A stretch of DNA of 64,000 nt from Tubulanus polymorphus (GCF_964204645.1 NC_134029.1:20206950-20270949); one strand, 5' to 3'; shown: positions 12,945 to 27,193, counted from the first letter of the stretch. The notes: generated by a model from the sequence alone, not told the origin. Made by a program: numbers and translations.

Positions 12945-15281
12945 TTAAACAAACCCATGTATTGAACATTCTTGGCTTCGATCATTGGTTTCATTGTTTT
13001 CATTATCTTATTAGCCATTATTAGCTTTAGATAATGTTTTACTAATTTCGTGAAATAGAGTGGTTTTCATTTTCTAATGGGTTTAGATATAATCAGAACT
13101 CATTTACACAGTTCAATGAGATGCGAAATAAAATGAGTAGAATTGAATTTCGAAGCCAGTGAGCTACTTGTTGAAACAAGTCAAGGTCGTTTTGTAACTG
13201 CAAGTCTAGTTTGATACTGCCTGGATTATGTTAAGCTGAGCGTTTAGTTAAGCACCATTTCTGTATGCGCAGCAAACAATCTTTTCGGCGATGTTCTCTC
13301 GATATACTCTCCTAAATGGCGAGTCTCTTTACATAAGAGCGATGAATATAAAAAAGCCAATGATCTTCTTTGATCTGCACCTCATCAAAATGAGACCATG
13401 CTTCTACGGCTTTCTACAATTGCCTGGATTATTCATATTGGCTACTCGGTAGTCGGTCGACCGCTGGATCCCCGTAATGATTTCATAAGCGTCTCTCTCT
13501 CAGGCAGACGCAACGCCAGATGAATGAATATTTTTCCAGAGGCGTTGCCATTCGCTTTGATCGATTTCCTTAAAAAAACCACGTTGAAGTTTCCGTCTTT
13601 TTTATTCCTCGAAGTTTTTTAGACGCAAAAGTTTCATCTTTTTTTTACTCATTTTATACGATCTGCCGGTCCAACTGGTCAAAGCTGATGTTCCATTTCA
13701 TTTGTCTAAACGCGGGGCCAGTTTCTCAAAAGTTGGTTGGAGATAACCTGTGGATAGTTGACACGGTGACAATTTAAAGTCCATTGTCGCTATCCACCGG
13801 TTATCTTTAACCAACTTTTGAGCAACTGACCCCTGTTGTTTTTCCATAGCGCTTTTTGGTAAGCCGATCAAAGTCGCTTCAACAGCAATTTACTGAAAAC
13901 GCGCGTAGACGAATTGCCTACTTAAGTCGCTGCTACTAAATCTTCCACGCAGCGATATATTTTCAAAGGCAGAAACTGCGATACTCTCGAAAACAAAAAT
14001 ACGCAGTTTTCGCATAGAATCCCCGCGCGGAAAAATCGCACGGCAGGTTTGATTCCCTCGTACGACCGGCAATTTCGTCGCGAAGAAAAGTAACCGCCTA
14101 AACGCCGCAATTTTCTCGCCGTTGTGAATACCAACAGCGAATATCGTACGTTCGGTTTAGTCGTGTAGTTTACTTGATTGCTACGCGGTTCTGAATGCGG
14201 CGTTCTTTTGATAATGACCACCGCGAGAAAAAGCGATTCGGATCCAATTTGGCGACAATTCGCGATGATTCGTGAACGCGCGGCGCGCTCGACGGCGCGC
14301 ACCGGGGGGAAAAACATCGAAATCGACAAACCGCTGATGCCCGACGTAAATCTCCAGAGAAATACATTTCGAGCTTATTGAGCTTATTGTGCGGCGTTAG
14401 TTGTAATGAAAGTAGTATTATATTAAGGAAGAAGTCTTCAATATTGTATTTGTCAGATTTAAGTGGCAGCTGATCGGATGAGTGCTTTGCATTGCTGAAT
14501 GTTGCAGATGGTAAATGATGACTAAGGAAGCGGGGGGGGGGGAAGGGAGAAGGGGGAAATGACTGCAGTCTCCGATGATATTGGCATCCAATCTCCGCTT
14601 CGAAATCACCAGGATATATTTGGGATTCGTCTTGGTCTTAATTCAATTGTCTGTCGAGGGGGGAGGCGCTGACCTGGACAAACAGGAAAACCTGGACAAA
14701 ACTCTGGGAATACAAAAAATCTAGTTAAAGGAAATCTGGAAAAACTCTGCAATTCGGATAATGCTACTCATTTCTTTATCAATACTCGATTCATAAGAAA
14801 TGAATTGATTGTAAAATTTCAAACCAAGAAATTCCTCACCGGATTTACTTGGGAATTGTTTCTCGGAATAATCAGAGAAAACTCTAGGGATTTGGGAATT
14901 CCTGATGGAGATTTAACCAAATATATGTAACCATTTTTTCATTCAATCGAATCACAACTTTTCCTCGACAGGCTTTTTTAAATCTTTCTTTGCCGAATAA
15001 GCTTCGAGCCTTTTTTGCCTCGCAAATCTTGACGACGAGAAAGTAGTAAGCGCGATGTTGATGACTGAATCAGGGAATCTAATGTATTTTATCGTATATC
15101 AGCGTCAGCAGACGTATCGTTGCCTAATCATCGATACCAGACGTTAATAACATTTTAATAATTAATCGTATTCGCCCGTATCTGCAGCGTGAGGCGATGC
15201 TGTTGCCTCAGCATCCTCCCGAGCGTCGAAACTACCGGGTTACATCTCCGAGGATTTTCATCGACAACTCAATGCCTTATA

Positions 15282-15775
15282 CCAAGAGTGGATCCAGGTG
15301 GACTTATTGATGATTGGTTGATTTCAGTGCGGGAGTAGTGTACTGCATTTTTGTACATCGAAGTGCCCTTTTTTGGATACAAGGTTTTCAAAATCAGCCC
15401 CACAGTGCAGGAGTACACTAATCTTTTTGGGACATCAAGTGCCTTTTTTTGGATGCGACAAGTTTCTCTACATTAGCCGCTCAGAGCAGGAGTACACTAG
15501 TCTTTTTGGGACATCAAATGCCCTTTTTTGGATACAAGTTTTTCGAAATCAGCCCCTCGGTGCAGGAGTACACTTTTGGGACATCAAAGTACCCTTTTGG
15601 GAAATGACATCTTCAAAATGTTTTTCAAAATCAGCCCCACAGTGAGTACCCTAGTCTTTTTGGGACATCAAGTGCCCTTTTTTGGATACAAGTTTGGATA
15701 CAATCAACCCTTCAGTGCAGGAGTACACTTTTGGGATATGACACCTTCAAAATTGCTCTCTGGATCCGCCCCTGG
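15282..15775. mobile_element. GGATCC-type TIR element with internal ~65-bp tandem array (~6 units); related ends at ~8242-8455, ~21472-22018, 55553-55894
   Basis: caagagtggatccag / ctggatccgcccctg ends; unit gggacatcaagtgccctttttggatacaag...aaatcagcccc...gcaggagtacac. Confidence 0.6.
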
Positions 15776-16178
15776 TCTGGTCTGGATCAGATAGAAAATT
15801 TCGTGAACTTCTCATCGTGAAGTTCGAACTTTCAATATGAATGAGAGTCCTAATATCTCGAGACCTACGTTATCGAACATGATATTACCTTCCCTGTTGA
15901 TATAGAATTAAACGACCATGCTATATGCTGCTCAGTGAGTCTGCATCGTGTTACTCTTAGTCACACTCGTTGCGTGTGACAAATATAATTAATATTTCAG
16001 ACGCTAAGCCATTTGCGTTTACAAATTTAATCATCGCGAATGATTGAAATTGAAAGTTGCTCCGTGCGTTTTCAATTATGTCGCTGCATTGTTGAACTGT
16101 CCAGATAATCACATGGTCAACATGAAACGACAATGTATTCTGTATATGAGTATTATAATCAGATGTTATGGTAGATTA

Positions 16179-16510
16179 TAGCTGCGATCAGGCGAAGATG
16201 ATTTGGCCCGGATCAGACCCGTGTCCAATTTGGCCGGTGCCCAATTTGGCCCGTGCCTAATTAGAGAGCGCGTTTACACGTAAACCATTCACTTGATACT
16301 AAACAATGCTATGACAAAGCGAGGTCACTTCCAGAACCAGTTTGATTTACACGCAATAATTTGACCCGCGCTAAAATTTGGCTCTGGCCTGGACCGACAT
16401 GTTTGGTCTGGCCAAATTTGGACAGGGTCACGTAGGCACGGAGCCATTTTGTACCCGTGTCAATGGATGGCCCCCAGGCCTAGGCAAATAGGCTTGTGTG
16501 ATCGGGGCTA
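16179..16510. mobile_element. TAGCCGCGATCA-terminated MITE family; copies/fragments also at ~19547-19618, 31661-31999, ~32128-32405, ~33521-33655, 47861-48141, ~49540-49658, 52483-52985
   Basis: Shared TIR tagccgcgatca / tgatcgcggcta, many aatttggcccg motifs and a cctaattagagag...taaaccactcact core. Confidence 0.8.
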
Positions 16511-16586
16511 GATTCATTGTGCATTGTTTGGAAAATATTAGAGATTCAGTTTGCACAGTATCTAATTCAAATTCTCACTTTATCTT

Positions 16587-16916
16587 CATCCTCCCTCGGC
16601 AGGGATTCGAGCCTGATGGCATCGCTACACTCACGAACCCCTGCCGCCGTAGACCGGGTTCACAGATACAGGCGCAGCTTTGCCGCACGAAAACTTGCGG
16701 CACCAATCAGATTGCTTGTTGTATAATCGCTGAGGTAAATTTCACGGAAGAACTTTAGATGGGAAAACCTGGCTAGAATAAAACGGGATTTCTGATTGGC
16801 TGATAATGACATCATCTAAGCTGCGCGTTTAGCTGCACACTGGGTCTAGTGTGGCAGGGTTTCATACTGTGGCAATTTCTACGCCATCAGGTTTGAATCC
16901 CTGCCGGGGGAGGATT
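16587..16916. mobile_element. Mutator-like MITE
   Basis: ~35-bp TIR catcctccc.cggcagggattcgagcctgatggc; same family as 21711 and partial 51758-51927. Confidence 0.8.
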
Positions 16917-17385
16917 ATTATCTTCGACTGAAAACGATCTCTTCAATCGGTTGATGAAATTTTAGGGATAAAACTCGCGTGGAAAAGACCTGTGCTTTCA
17001 ATGCGAGCTGTTACTATTCTTATATTAGCGAAATCATTTCTGTGCGTTATACGCGGCGTCGTCGTCTGTCCGCGATTTCGTATCGAACTCGGATATTTTA
17101 GATGGTTATTTATTATCGTCTGATTCGATTTACACCTCGCGCGTCTGTGAGATATTGCGCCGAGATTATTAACCGCGCGCGTAATTGACTACGATACGAT
17201 ACTCCCGACGAACATTGCGCCGGCGTGTATAACTACAATCGATTAAGCCTCTGATTTTACGTGGTATAAACCACCAAACGATGAAGAATACGAAAAATGA
17301 ATAGAAATATGAATAGAAAATTGCCTGCTTGAAAATCATCGACGTAGTTTATTTGTTGAGCTGGAAGATGCGGAGAATCTTAAAA

Positions 17386-17673
17386 CCCTTTCAGTGCTGG
17401 CTAATTAATACCCTATAGTGCTGAAGATAATTTGAAAATTCTTAAAAATTCCACCCTAGTGTGTTGAATAACGAGAATACCGCTATAGTGCGTCTACACC
17501 GCGGTGTGGTGTATCGTTAGTTACTAATATTTCACTATGTTTGACAGGTGCTGCCATCTTTCAAGAGAGATAATTAGTAATTACTAATTAAATCAATACA
17601 CCACAGTGCGGTGTACTAGCAAAATCCATCACTGATTCGTACACCGCACTGCGGTGTAGACGCACTGAAAGGG
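17386..17673. mobile_element. piggyBac-like MITE
   Basis: TIR ccctttcagtgc / gcactgaaaggg followed by TTAA. Confidence 0.85.
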
Positions 17674-18332
17674 TTAACGCGGTATAACTACGCAAATGAA
17701 GCGCGAGATACGAGTAAAATATAAATCCCACAATCACGAGATCGAAAAAGTTTTTGAAATATCGAAACTATTGAAATTAATTAATTGAGAACCCGAATTT
17801 TACGCGTTACTTGAAAATGGTTTTCAGTGTAAAACCGAAAATTCGGGCTCTTAAAATGAATTTTAATAGTTTTGATTATTTTGAAAACTTTTTCGATCTG
17901 AGTTATCATTGGCTGAGCTGGATCATCGTTGTATTGCGCGCTGGCGGAAAGCGCATTGTCGTTCTCAGTTTACGCGACGTTCTTCGGAAAACGGAATTCA
18001 CGTCCCCGCGTCGGCGGAATCGTGTTTCTTTACGACACGCTATTCTAATCCCGACGACAAGATGTTATTGTACGGGAGATGATGTCGTAGATTACGATTA
18101 TGAATAATTCATTCTGCGATGCTCGCGCGCCGCGTACCTCGTCGCACGGATTTTGTTTCTAATCTTTTCTAAGTTTTTTTTTAATGCTATTCAGATTTTT
18201 TGTTGAACTGTCTCATTCCGAACTGGATTTCAATTTATGATTTTTATGTTGAATTATGTAGTTTGGCTACAATATCTCAGAATTATATACATGCACTGTT
18301 TTTTTAATGCTATTCGTTTAGATTTTTTTTAA

Positions 18333-18604
18333 CCCTTTCAGTGCTGACTAATCAATACCCTATAGCGCTGGAGATAATTTGAAAATTTTGAAAAATTCCA
18401 CCCTAGTGTGTTGAATAACGGGAATATCACTATAGTGCGTCTACACCATGGCGCAGTGTATCGTTAGTTACTAGCATTTTACTGTGTTTGACAGGTGCTA
18501 CCATTTTTCAAGAGAGATAATTACTAATTACTAATTAAATCAATACACGGCAGTGCGGTGTGCTTGCAAAATCCATCACTGATTCATACACCACACTGAA
18601 AGGG
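18333..18604. mobile_element. piggyBac-like MITE
   Basis: TTAA-ccctttcagtg ... cactgaaaggg; body near-identical to 17386. Confidence 0.85.
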
Positions 18605-21600
18605 TAAAAGAACCATCTCATTCCGAACGGATTTCAATTTACGAATGTTTGTTGGATATGTAGCATGGCTACGATATCTCGGAATTAGATACAATGTACT
18701 GACTCTAGTTTTTGATGCTATTCCTTTTGATTTCTCGAAGAACTGGCTCATTCCTACGACCGACCGAAATTCAATTGGTCCGTACGTAATTTCATGTTCT
18801 TTCGGCTGCGTTGGCTTTAGATTTAAGGTGATGGACTAACGCTGTTCTTGATGCCGTTTCTTTAACGGTTTCTTTCTTGTCATTGTGTTCATACAATATT
18901 CAGTATAATAGTCAACGTGTGAAGGTAAAGATTTCCTATTACCGGGCACACAGGCGCTAAACCTCGTTTGAAGGCAATTTCCATCGCCGTTAATCGTCGC
19001 TGTTGGATTCTTTGATGGAATCTCTGTACAAACCCCCCGCCCATATACCGCCACCCCAGCCTACCGCCAGGTTTTCTCAATGTACATCTCAATACAAATA
19101 CATAGTAAAACACACCCCGATGTACCACCATACTCTGTATACCGCCGAAATCATTCTGCATCGATGTGGCTTATATCGGGAGTTAACTGTTATTCGGCAT
19201 ACATGTTGTTTTACCTGTCACTGATCGTGGGGCCTTTGATTGCTACGGCGAGTAGGGGGCGCAACTGCATTGCCAAAATCGGAGGAAAAGGGATAAAAAG
19301 AAGTTGTAATCTAACAACAAAAGTATATTTCATGGTTTTTAATAAGGGTCATATTTAGACTGAGACACAAGTTGCACCCAGGAAATCAGCGTGTGAGTGC
19401 GCTCTCTTTATTAGGCTCTCTTTACTGGCTCATTCCCACGACCGACCGAAATCCAATTGGTCCGTATGTAATTTCATGTTCTTTCGGCTGCGTAAGCTTT
19501 GAATTTGAGGTGATGGACTAACACGGTTTGTGATACCGTTCCTTTAGTGGGCCGATTTCGGCTCGATGATGCGTGCCAATTTGGCCCGGGCCGAATCGTC
19601 TCCGCGTGATCGCGGCTATATACGCCAGTTTTACGTTGTCATATGAACATAAGCTGAGTCGACTGTTTTGAGTTAATTTTCATCAGATTTTTGCAACGTG
19701 TCGCGATCAATTGATTATCCGTCAATCGAAGATGCGATGACCACGATGCCGCAACCGCGTTTCGCGCTAATTCGATTTGCCAGCGCCAATTGTCGTCGAC
19801 GGCGGCGTCTGATCATACGTTTACGCCGGAACCGCGCCGCGCGCGAGTCGCAGACGCCGGTTTCCCACGTCCAGTCGACTAGAAAAGATGGATAAGCCGA
19901 CGCTCGGCGGCGCGGAGTATACCGACGACGATAAAAACAGCGCCGAGCGAATGCCGCGCGCGTGGAATCAGCCGTGAAATGGGCCACAGTTGACGGAAAA
20001 TTTGCCAATCTTCGGGAAGAACGGCGGCGTAAACGACGCAACATCGATCGTGTAAACGGTTGGTGTTAGTCGAAATCGTTGCTCCGTGGAATAATTCCAT
20101 TTCAATTATCATATTCTGTATCAATTACGGCGATTTTTAGTCCCAAACGGAAAACCTTTTAATTATCGGCAAATCTTTTTTGAATCGCCATCTGCCGCCC
20201 TTGACAACTCTTATAGCCTAATAACGTGCCATAAAGTGGCGCCACTAGTTGCACCGTTTTGTGAGTCGCAGGTGGTTTTTATCTCGGCGCTGATTGGCTG
20301 TATTTCATGTGATTCGAAGCGACTTCTGCGCACTAGGCGACTGATGGTGTGATTTCATTGCCGAATATACCTAGCATGCTAGAGATCGTCAGCGATCTCT
20401 TGTTGCCGTCGACCATTTTCGGTCGAAGTTGCCATCGGCTGCACGTTTTAGGCGATATTCTAGCGAATTCGTCGCTTGTGAAGAAAATCAGCAACAATCT
20501 GTTAAGAAATCGCTTTGTTAGCGGCGGACTTTATAGATGAGGATATGGCCAGGTAGTTGCGGTATGTAGGTGGTGCATTCAGGAATCAAAATGCTATCGA
20601 TGGTTTTTATCTGTTGAAAAATGGACTGGATCAGGGGGATCGCACATATAGGATCAGCTCTGGGGATTGATAAATCAGGGAGAGATTTGAAGATCCTCAG
20701 CATTGATAATCTAAAGTATAACCTGAATTGATGAAATGGGGGAGATTGGTATACTCAGCGTCGTTAGGGTATATCCTGGGGATTGATAAGTCAGGCATTG
20801 ATAATCCCTGTGTAACCTGAGTTGAGGGGGTGGGGATCGGAGGTATGCTCTATAGTCGTTAATTAGCCGGTGATGATGTGGGATTTATGGTAATGCAATG
20901 AGACTAATGAGACTTAACATATATATACATTCGCGGGACTTCATCATGCATGTATTCAGAGACACTTACTAAGCAGACGGCTACACGCAGTCACACTTTA
21001 TCAGTTTCCCATTCGAGAACGTATGAAGATCATTTTCATCAGCCCGAAAGTGTTTCATTAAGGCATGAAGTATAAAGACGAAGAGAAAGGCCTTATGTTC
21101 GTTTTTTTTAATGAATATTCAGATTCTTGTCAATCAAATCCCATTTTACTCAAAAAGGAGATACTCTAAAATATGTTCACAACGATAATGATATTGTTTG
21201 GAACTGGTATATATAATTTTAGCATTTTTAGCGGGTGAAAAAATAATCCAATTTTTTATAAAGCGCGTAGTACAGCACATGTGGATCGGTATTACGCAAA
21301 TGGCCCAGGCCAATGCATCGAGACAAACCATCGACAGGAATGGGTTAATTAATTGATTCTGTAAGCCCTCAATGCTGACCACGTCGGGAGTGATTTTTTC
21401 AGCTGACTGCCGCCGTCGTCTAAATAAAACGCCAGACACGGATCCAGTAGTCATAGATACGCGTGTAACACGCAGGCACGCGGATCCAGGGTTAACACTA
21501 CAATTAGGCACTACCCGTATCCATAAAAATGCAAATGTCGCAGGTGTGAAGCCGTTGGCGTCTCTGCAATGTAGTTTTGAATTTCTTGGACTGGGGTTGA

Positions 21601-21710
21601 AAAGTATCATGATCTGATCTCATTTCATGGTATCTATAGGGGCTTTCAGAAACAAACCGGTCACTTAATGTGGTCGGTGATATGTCGAAGGCTACTTGAA
21701 ATTCTAGACC

Positions 21711-21969
21711 CATCCTCCCACGGCATGGATTCAAACCTGATGGCATCGTTACACTCGGCCACAGCACAAACCCCTGCCACACTAGACCAGGTGCGCAGGT
21801 ACATGCGCAACTTTGCCGCACGAAAACTTGCGGCACCAATCAGATTGCTCGTTGTATAATCACTGAGGTAAATTTCAGGGAAGAAGCTGTGCACTCGGTC
21901 TAGTGTGGCAGGGTTTCGTACCGTGGCAGTCTCGATGCCATCAGGTTCGAATCCCTGCCGTGGAGGATG
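21711..21969. mobile_element. Mutator-like MITE with perfect 9-bp TSD
   Basis: TTCTAGACC at 21702-21710 and 21970-21978; long TIR catcctcc / ggaggatg. Confidence 0.9.
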
Positions 21970-22380
21970 TTCTAGACCATGCAATACACACGGCTATCAC
22001 GGCCTGGATCCGCACCTGGTATATATGTGGATAGAATCGACGCACTAGAAGACACCGAACAACCATTCACTGACATTGGATCATAAAGATGTGATTGAAT
22101 GGAAGATGTGATTGAACGGCTAAATGACTTCCGCGAACAGACAAATTGCTTGATTGTAGACTATTCAGCTATGGTTAGGTCTGTTTTTTTGTTCGAATGG
22201 TCAAAGAGCATTACCGCCATCATTGTAGAAATGTTGATCGCGTTGCCTGTATTCAGATCACCAAGATGAAGTTTCTACGTTCTACGACTTACTGAAGCAC
22301 TTCATATTTGGTCATTTGAACCGCTATGGGGCATTTTGTAAGCATTTTGAAAATACAGCGATATTATGTCAAGTAGTTGG

Positions 22381-22730
22381 TCTAGATACTATCCCATGTC
22401 AGCTTTTAAGTTAAGGTTCAGAAAAATGGAAGCATTGAATGGCCTGCGTGAAACTATGAATTTTCAAACTTAAGAAATTTTTTAGTTCTAAGAAGTTATT
22501 AAGTTAGTCTAGTTAAGTCTTTATTTCTAGTTAGTCTAGATACTATCCCTTGTCAGCTTTTTAGGTTCAGAAAAAATGGAAGCCTTGAATGGCCTACGTG
22601 AAATTATGAATTTTCAAACTTTAGAATTTTTTTAGTAGTTCCAAGAAGTTATTAAGTTAGTCTAGTTAAGTCTTTAGTTCTCATTACTCTAGATACTATC
22701 CCTTGTCAGCTTTTTAGGTTCAGAAAAAAT
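22381..22730. repeat. ~154-bp tandem repeat, 2 and a partial copy
   Basis: tctagatactatccc recurs at ~22381, ~22535, ~22688. Confidence 0.85.
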
Positions 22731-24727
22731 CGAAGTGTATAGTGACAATGCATGAAATTTATCATGAAAGTTAGAAAACTTGTTAAGTTTGAAACTGTAC
22801 TTAAGTTAATCTCCAACTTGCCGGATGCGCCAGATGTCGGACAGCGGCTCACGTTGATACGGAGCGGATTAGTAGAAATTGTTCGGAACTACTTAATGAC
22901 AATCCGCGAGCGCGCGCGCGTGATCGATTATCCGTCTGATTAAGCCTTCGTTTGAAGATATAAAGCCTGACCTTATCAACGCGATCGGTCAGTATCAGGT
23001 ATATACGAACGTATCGATCCGTTCTACCGGAGTCCCATTAGTCATCGACGGTATCACCCCCGCGGAATTATGTATTGGCTCGTGTATCCGCATATCCGCG
23101 TGTGTATCGATTCGACATTAGTTTTTTACGTTTGCGCGCCGGTAAAATTCAATTAGACGATGTATATATATATATATATATATGTGTGTTACGTTCATCT
23201 ATTGCTGCTTCATATTGGTTATCTGACTTCTGAGACCCTTATTTTCATCCTGTCTTAGCTTCCTTATTAGTGGGTCGATCTTGGTGAAATTGGGCCACAA
23301 TGTTAGTATGAGGGCCTACTTGTGTGGTGCATATAGAATGGGCCCAGTGCACCACCTAGCAACAGAACTAGACAGTAAACAAATTTTATGTGACATGACC
23401 CTGAAGATGACCTTATTACTGAGCAACAGGGGGGGAGGGGGTCGAAATTCAATTAGTTGTCTTGACAAGGTTTAGTTATTGGCCCTAGATACAACGTATC
23501 CAATGGGAACTAACGCATGGTAATTTGGGGCTTCAAGATTTGAGTCTGAGCCCGAGAAGCGCTGTCACCTGTGGCTTGTTTTAATGTCTCAATGAAAAGT
23601 TTCTTGAGTATTTATTGTGGATTTAGTGGGAGAAAATATTGAGTATCTGTGTCCGATGATTACTCTCTTTTCATCTTTCCCTCAGACTATATATTTAGGA
23701 TTATTTTAGTTGAAAATACAGCGAATGCTATAGGCCTAGAATCTGAATGGCCGGCACTTACTGGAAATCGGGGTAAAGTCCGGGAAATTTGTTGAATTAG
23801 TATCCTTGTATCATTGAAAACAGTTTATGTATTTGACCGGATTCTTAGCTGATCAAGTCAGGGAAAACAACGTTCATGTCGGGGAAAAGCGAGCCAAATA
23901 AGAGTGGCCACCCTGAAAATCATTCATAATCAATATCATTAGTATGATCTAAAATCCTTAGCTCAGAAATACACTGTGAACATCAGTGTTTCTGGATAAA
24001 CCTAATTGCTGCATTTTTTTTTCAATCTGTCTTTTTGACTCGAAAAATCCCTTGAAAAAACTCCACGCAAGAGAGATGATTGGGAAAATGGACATTTTAT
24101 CTCTTAAAACTAGCTGATGAAATAACTCGGGATTATAATCGACCTTGAAAGAGGTTCTTCTCTAGCAGACGACGTCGATCGGGAATTTCGATGTTTTTCG
24201 ATCACGTCGTCGGCATTTTTAATCACGATTCCGTTCGCTGAAAGGGATTAACAATTATTGCTCCACCGACGACGGTTCGATGTCTTTTCCTTTCATCGCG
24301 CGCGTTCGCGTCTTAAACAGCTAATCTCTTGCGGGCTTTTCGCTGAAAAGAAATCTAATTTTCGAAAAATGGATAATGGTTCTTTATCGCGCGAGTTTGT
24401 CGTTTCTGGCGCGCGCGCGAGTGCAACAATGAGAGAAAAGACCGTCGTAACGTCGCATCGTCGGCGGATGAAATGAAAGCGTATCGGGAATCGGATATTT
24501 TCGATACGGGATTTCTATTCACGAATCGAAAAATGAAATTTCGTAATCTTCTTGATGTGTAAGAATCTCTATTGATTGAGTTGGGAAGCGATGAAGTTCG
24601 GAGCGATTCTCGTCGTGGTTTTATCAACCACGCGAATTCGTTCATCATCGAAAGTGTAAAATTCGTCCGTATCTTCCATTGCTGGTGAATATTATCGATA
24701 TTAATGTATTCCTTCGATTAAACATTA

Positions 24728-25256
24728 CAGTGAAACCTCGCGTTGTGTAATGAGCTCGGATGAAACTGTTTTTCGAATCTGAGAATATTATCGGATGTAC
24801 TGAACTGAGAATTTCAGTCCACATGAGACCGTTTGATTAATTTCGAACTTGTTACATTGAAGTATTGGGTATAGAGAGAGCGGTCTTTCTTGTCCCTGAT
24901 GTTGTTTTCAACGACAGGCCCAGACTTAGGGGGTTCGTTCATTTAGGGGTGCGTTAGATTTCAAAAGATTCACTCGACCTTTTTTCATTTGTTTTCGATC
25001 AATGTACATGCTTTCAAACTTGATTATTTGAAGCCAAATTGTGAGAAAAAAAGCAAAATTTTCGCCCCACATATGCTAGAAGTTGGGAAATTGCTTTTAG
25101 TTTTTCCAAAATTCTTGGCAAAGAGCCTTTCGGAATGCCGGACATATGTGCGAGCACCTTACAAAATGTTTCGCTTCCATGAAAACTGTTCCACTCATGA
25201 AAATAAAACCCCCACCAAAGACATGGCTGGCTATGGGCCTGAACGAGGTTAGACTG
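24728..25256. mobile_element. Tc1/mariner-like MITE interrupted by a nested element
   Basis: TA-cagtgaaacctcg ... cgaggttagactg-TA. Confidence 0.65.
24915..25241. mobile_element. CAG-ended element with 5-bp TSD (AACGA)
   Basis: aacga|caggccca ... tgggcctg|aacga. Confidence 0.75.
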
Positions 25257-25729
25257 TACTACTTATGATGATTTGAAAATATGCGAGGAAGGTACTCAAA
25301 AGCTGTACGCACCGCTGGTACACTGAGGTGCCTGATGGTATATTTCTCCCTTAAGAACCGGGTACAAAATATGAAAGATATTTCATTGCCATTGGTTCTG
25401 TGATATAAACTTGCTTAAGACAGATATGGATGGCAATGAGGGATCTGGAAAATTGGGCCAATTCGGTCAGAAATACAAACTTCAGTAAATTCCATATGAG
25501 AAGATATTAACCGGATGAAACCCTTTTTTTAAGTACAGCGCATCGAGAAAGCTTAATACATGGTAAATAAGATGATTGATAAAACTGTCAGACGCAAGAT
25601 TTAACAGATGATTGATAACTTTAATAACGACTGAAAGTGTGTTTGCTTATCATTTCCCAATCCTGCCTTTTTGAATTGCCTTGGAAACATTTGAATTGGC
25701 TGACAAACCAATTTATGTAGTGTAGACAT

Positions 25730-26347
25730 TGGGTATGGGTGTGGGTGTGGTAGGGTAGGGAATGGTCTGGTATGGTATGGTATGGGGGTATATATAAATG
25801 TATGGGTATGGGTATGGTAGGATAAGGTAGGGTATGGTATGGTACGGGTAAGGTAGGGTATGGGAAAGGTAGGGTATGGGTAAGGTAGGGTATGGGAAAG
25901 GTAGGGTATGATAGGGTAAGGAAGGGTATGGTTGGGTAAGGTAGGGATATTGTGGGGTATGGTATGGTATGGTAGGTTATGGTATGGGTAAGGAAGGGTG
26001 GTAGGGATATTGTAGGGTATGGTTGGGTAAGGTAGCGATATTGTAGGTATGGTAGGGTAAGGTAGGGTAAGGTAGGGTATGGTTGGGTAAGGTAGGGTAT
26101 GGTAGGGTAAGGTAGGGTATGGTTGGGTAAGGTAGGGTATGGTTGGGTAAGGTAGGGTATGGTTGGGTAAGGTAGGGATATCATAGGGTATGGGTATGGT
26201 ATGGTTGGGTAAGGTAGGATATGGTTGGGTAAGGTATGGGTATAGTTATGGTATGGTAGGGTATGGGTATGGTAGGGTAAGGTAGGGTATGGTTGGGTAA
26301 GGTAGGGATATTGTATGGTATGGGTATGGTAGGGTAAGGTATGGGTA
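25730..26347. repeat. G-rich pentamer satellite (GGTAT/GGTAA/GGTAG/GGGTA variants)
   Basis: ~620 bp of degenerate 5-mers with a 20-bp higher-order unit ggtatggttgggtaaggtag. Confidence 0.9.
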
Positions 26348-26349
26348 TA

Positions 26350-26901
26350 TACCGCTTGCTTTCTGGTAAACCGTCGAATATACACTTTTGTCGAAACTGA
26401 AAAATCAATTTGGAATTTTGATTTTTGTGTCATACTCTTGTTTCCGATATCAGATTCATTTATCTCTGATATTTAGTGACAGTAAGCTGTAGGTCCCTTA
26501 TTAGCTTATTAAATAAGCAAATACTGAAAATCACTCGCAGTCTCCTTTATCTTTGAACTGAAAAAAAGAGGTTGCCATATTCGACGGGGAAAAGAAAAAC
26601 CATTTTAGATGGAGTGACCATATTCTACGGTTCAACAAAAAATCATCTAATTGATTTTCTATATTCAATGCATATATCGATGTTTTATCGATAATTTAAT
26701 TAATTCCCCACATTGACCAGAATATGCCCATATATGGATATTTATGCATATTCAGTTGTTCACCAAAAAGATAGAAGATCCATATTCAGCAATAATATGA
26801 AAATTCTAAAAATGCCAATTGCCAATTTTGATAACATATTCATTCAGTTCAACTGCGACATGAAAGTGCATATTAGTCGGTTTGCAAGAAAGCCAGCGAT
26901 A
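26350..26901. mobile_element. Old TIR element
   Basis: taccgcttgctttctggtaaaccgtcgaatatacacttt versus reverse complement of the right end tatcgctggctttcttgcaaaccgactaatatgcacttt. Confidence 0.6.
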
Positions 26902-27193
26902 CACGTCAAAATATTAAAGTTTTTTTAACGAAAAATGCCCACTTATGTTCTTCCAATTACGGGGTTCTGGCATTGAAAGATATTACCTCTTCGCCGTCAA
27001 TTTCAACGTTCCTTTCGGATCAGATTTCTGCGCTCACAGCTTCGGCGTGTGTCGTCAGTCGGTGAGTCGGTCTGTCAGTCGTTTTGACTGTGCGTCATCA
27101 TTTTCAAGAAGATGAGCTATTAATCTCGTAAAATTCAATCGTGAATCGTCATCTTCGTGTCAGCTTGATCAATCTTCGACGACGTCGCCGAAA

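Noticed and set aside
25621-26433. 270-aa Pro/Tyr/Thr/Leu-rich ORF
   Set aside because: Translation of the pentamer satellite.
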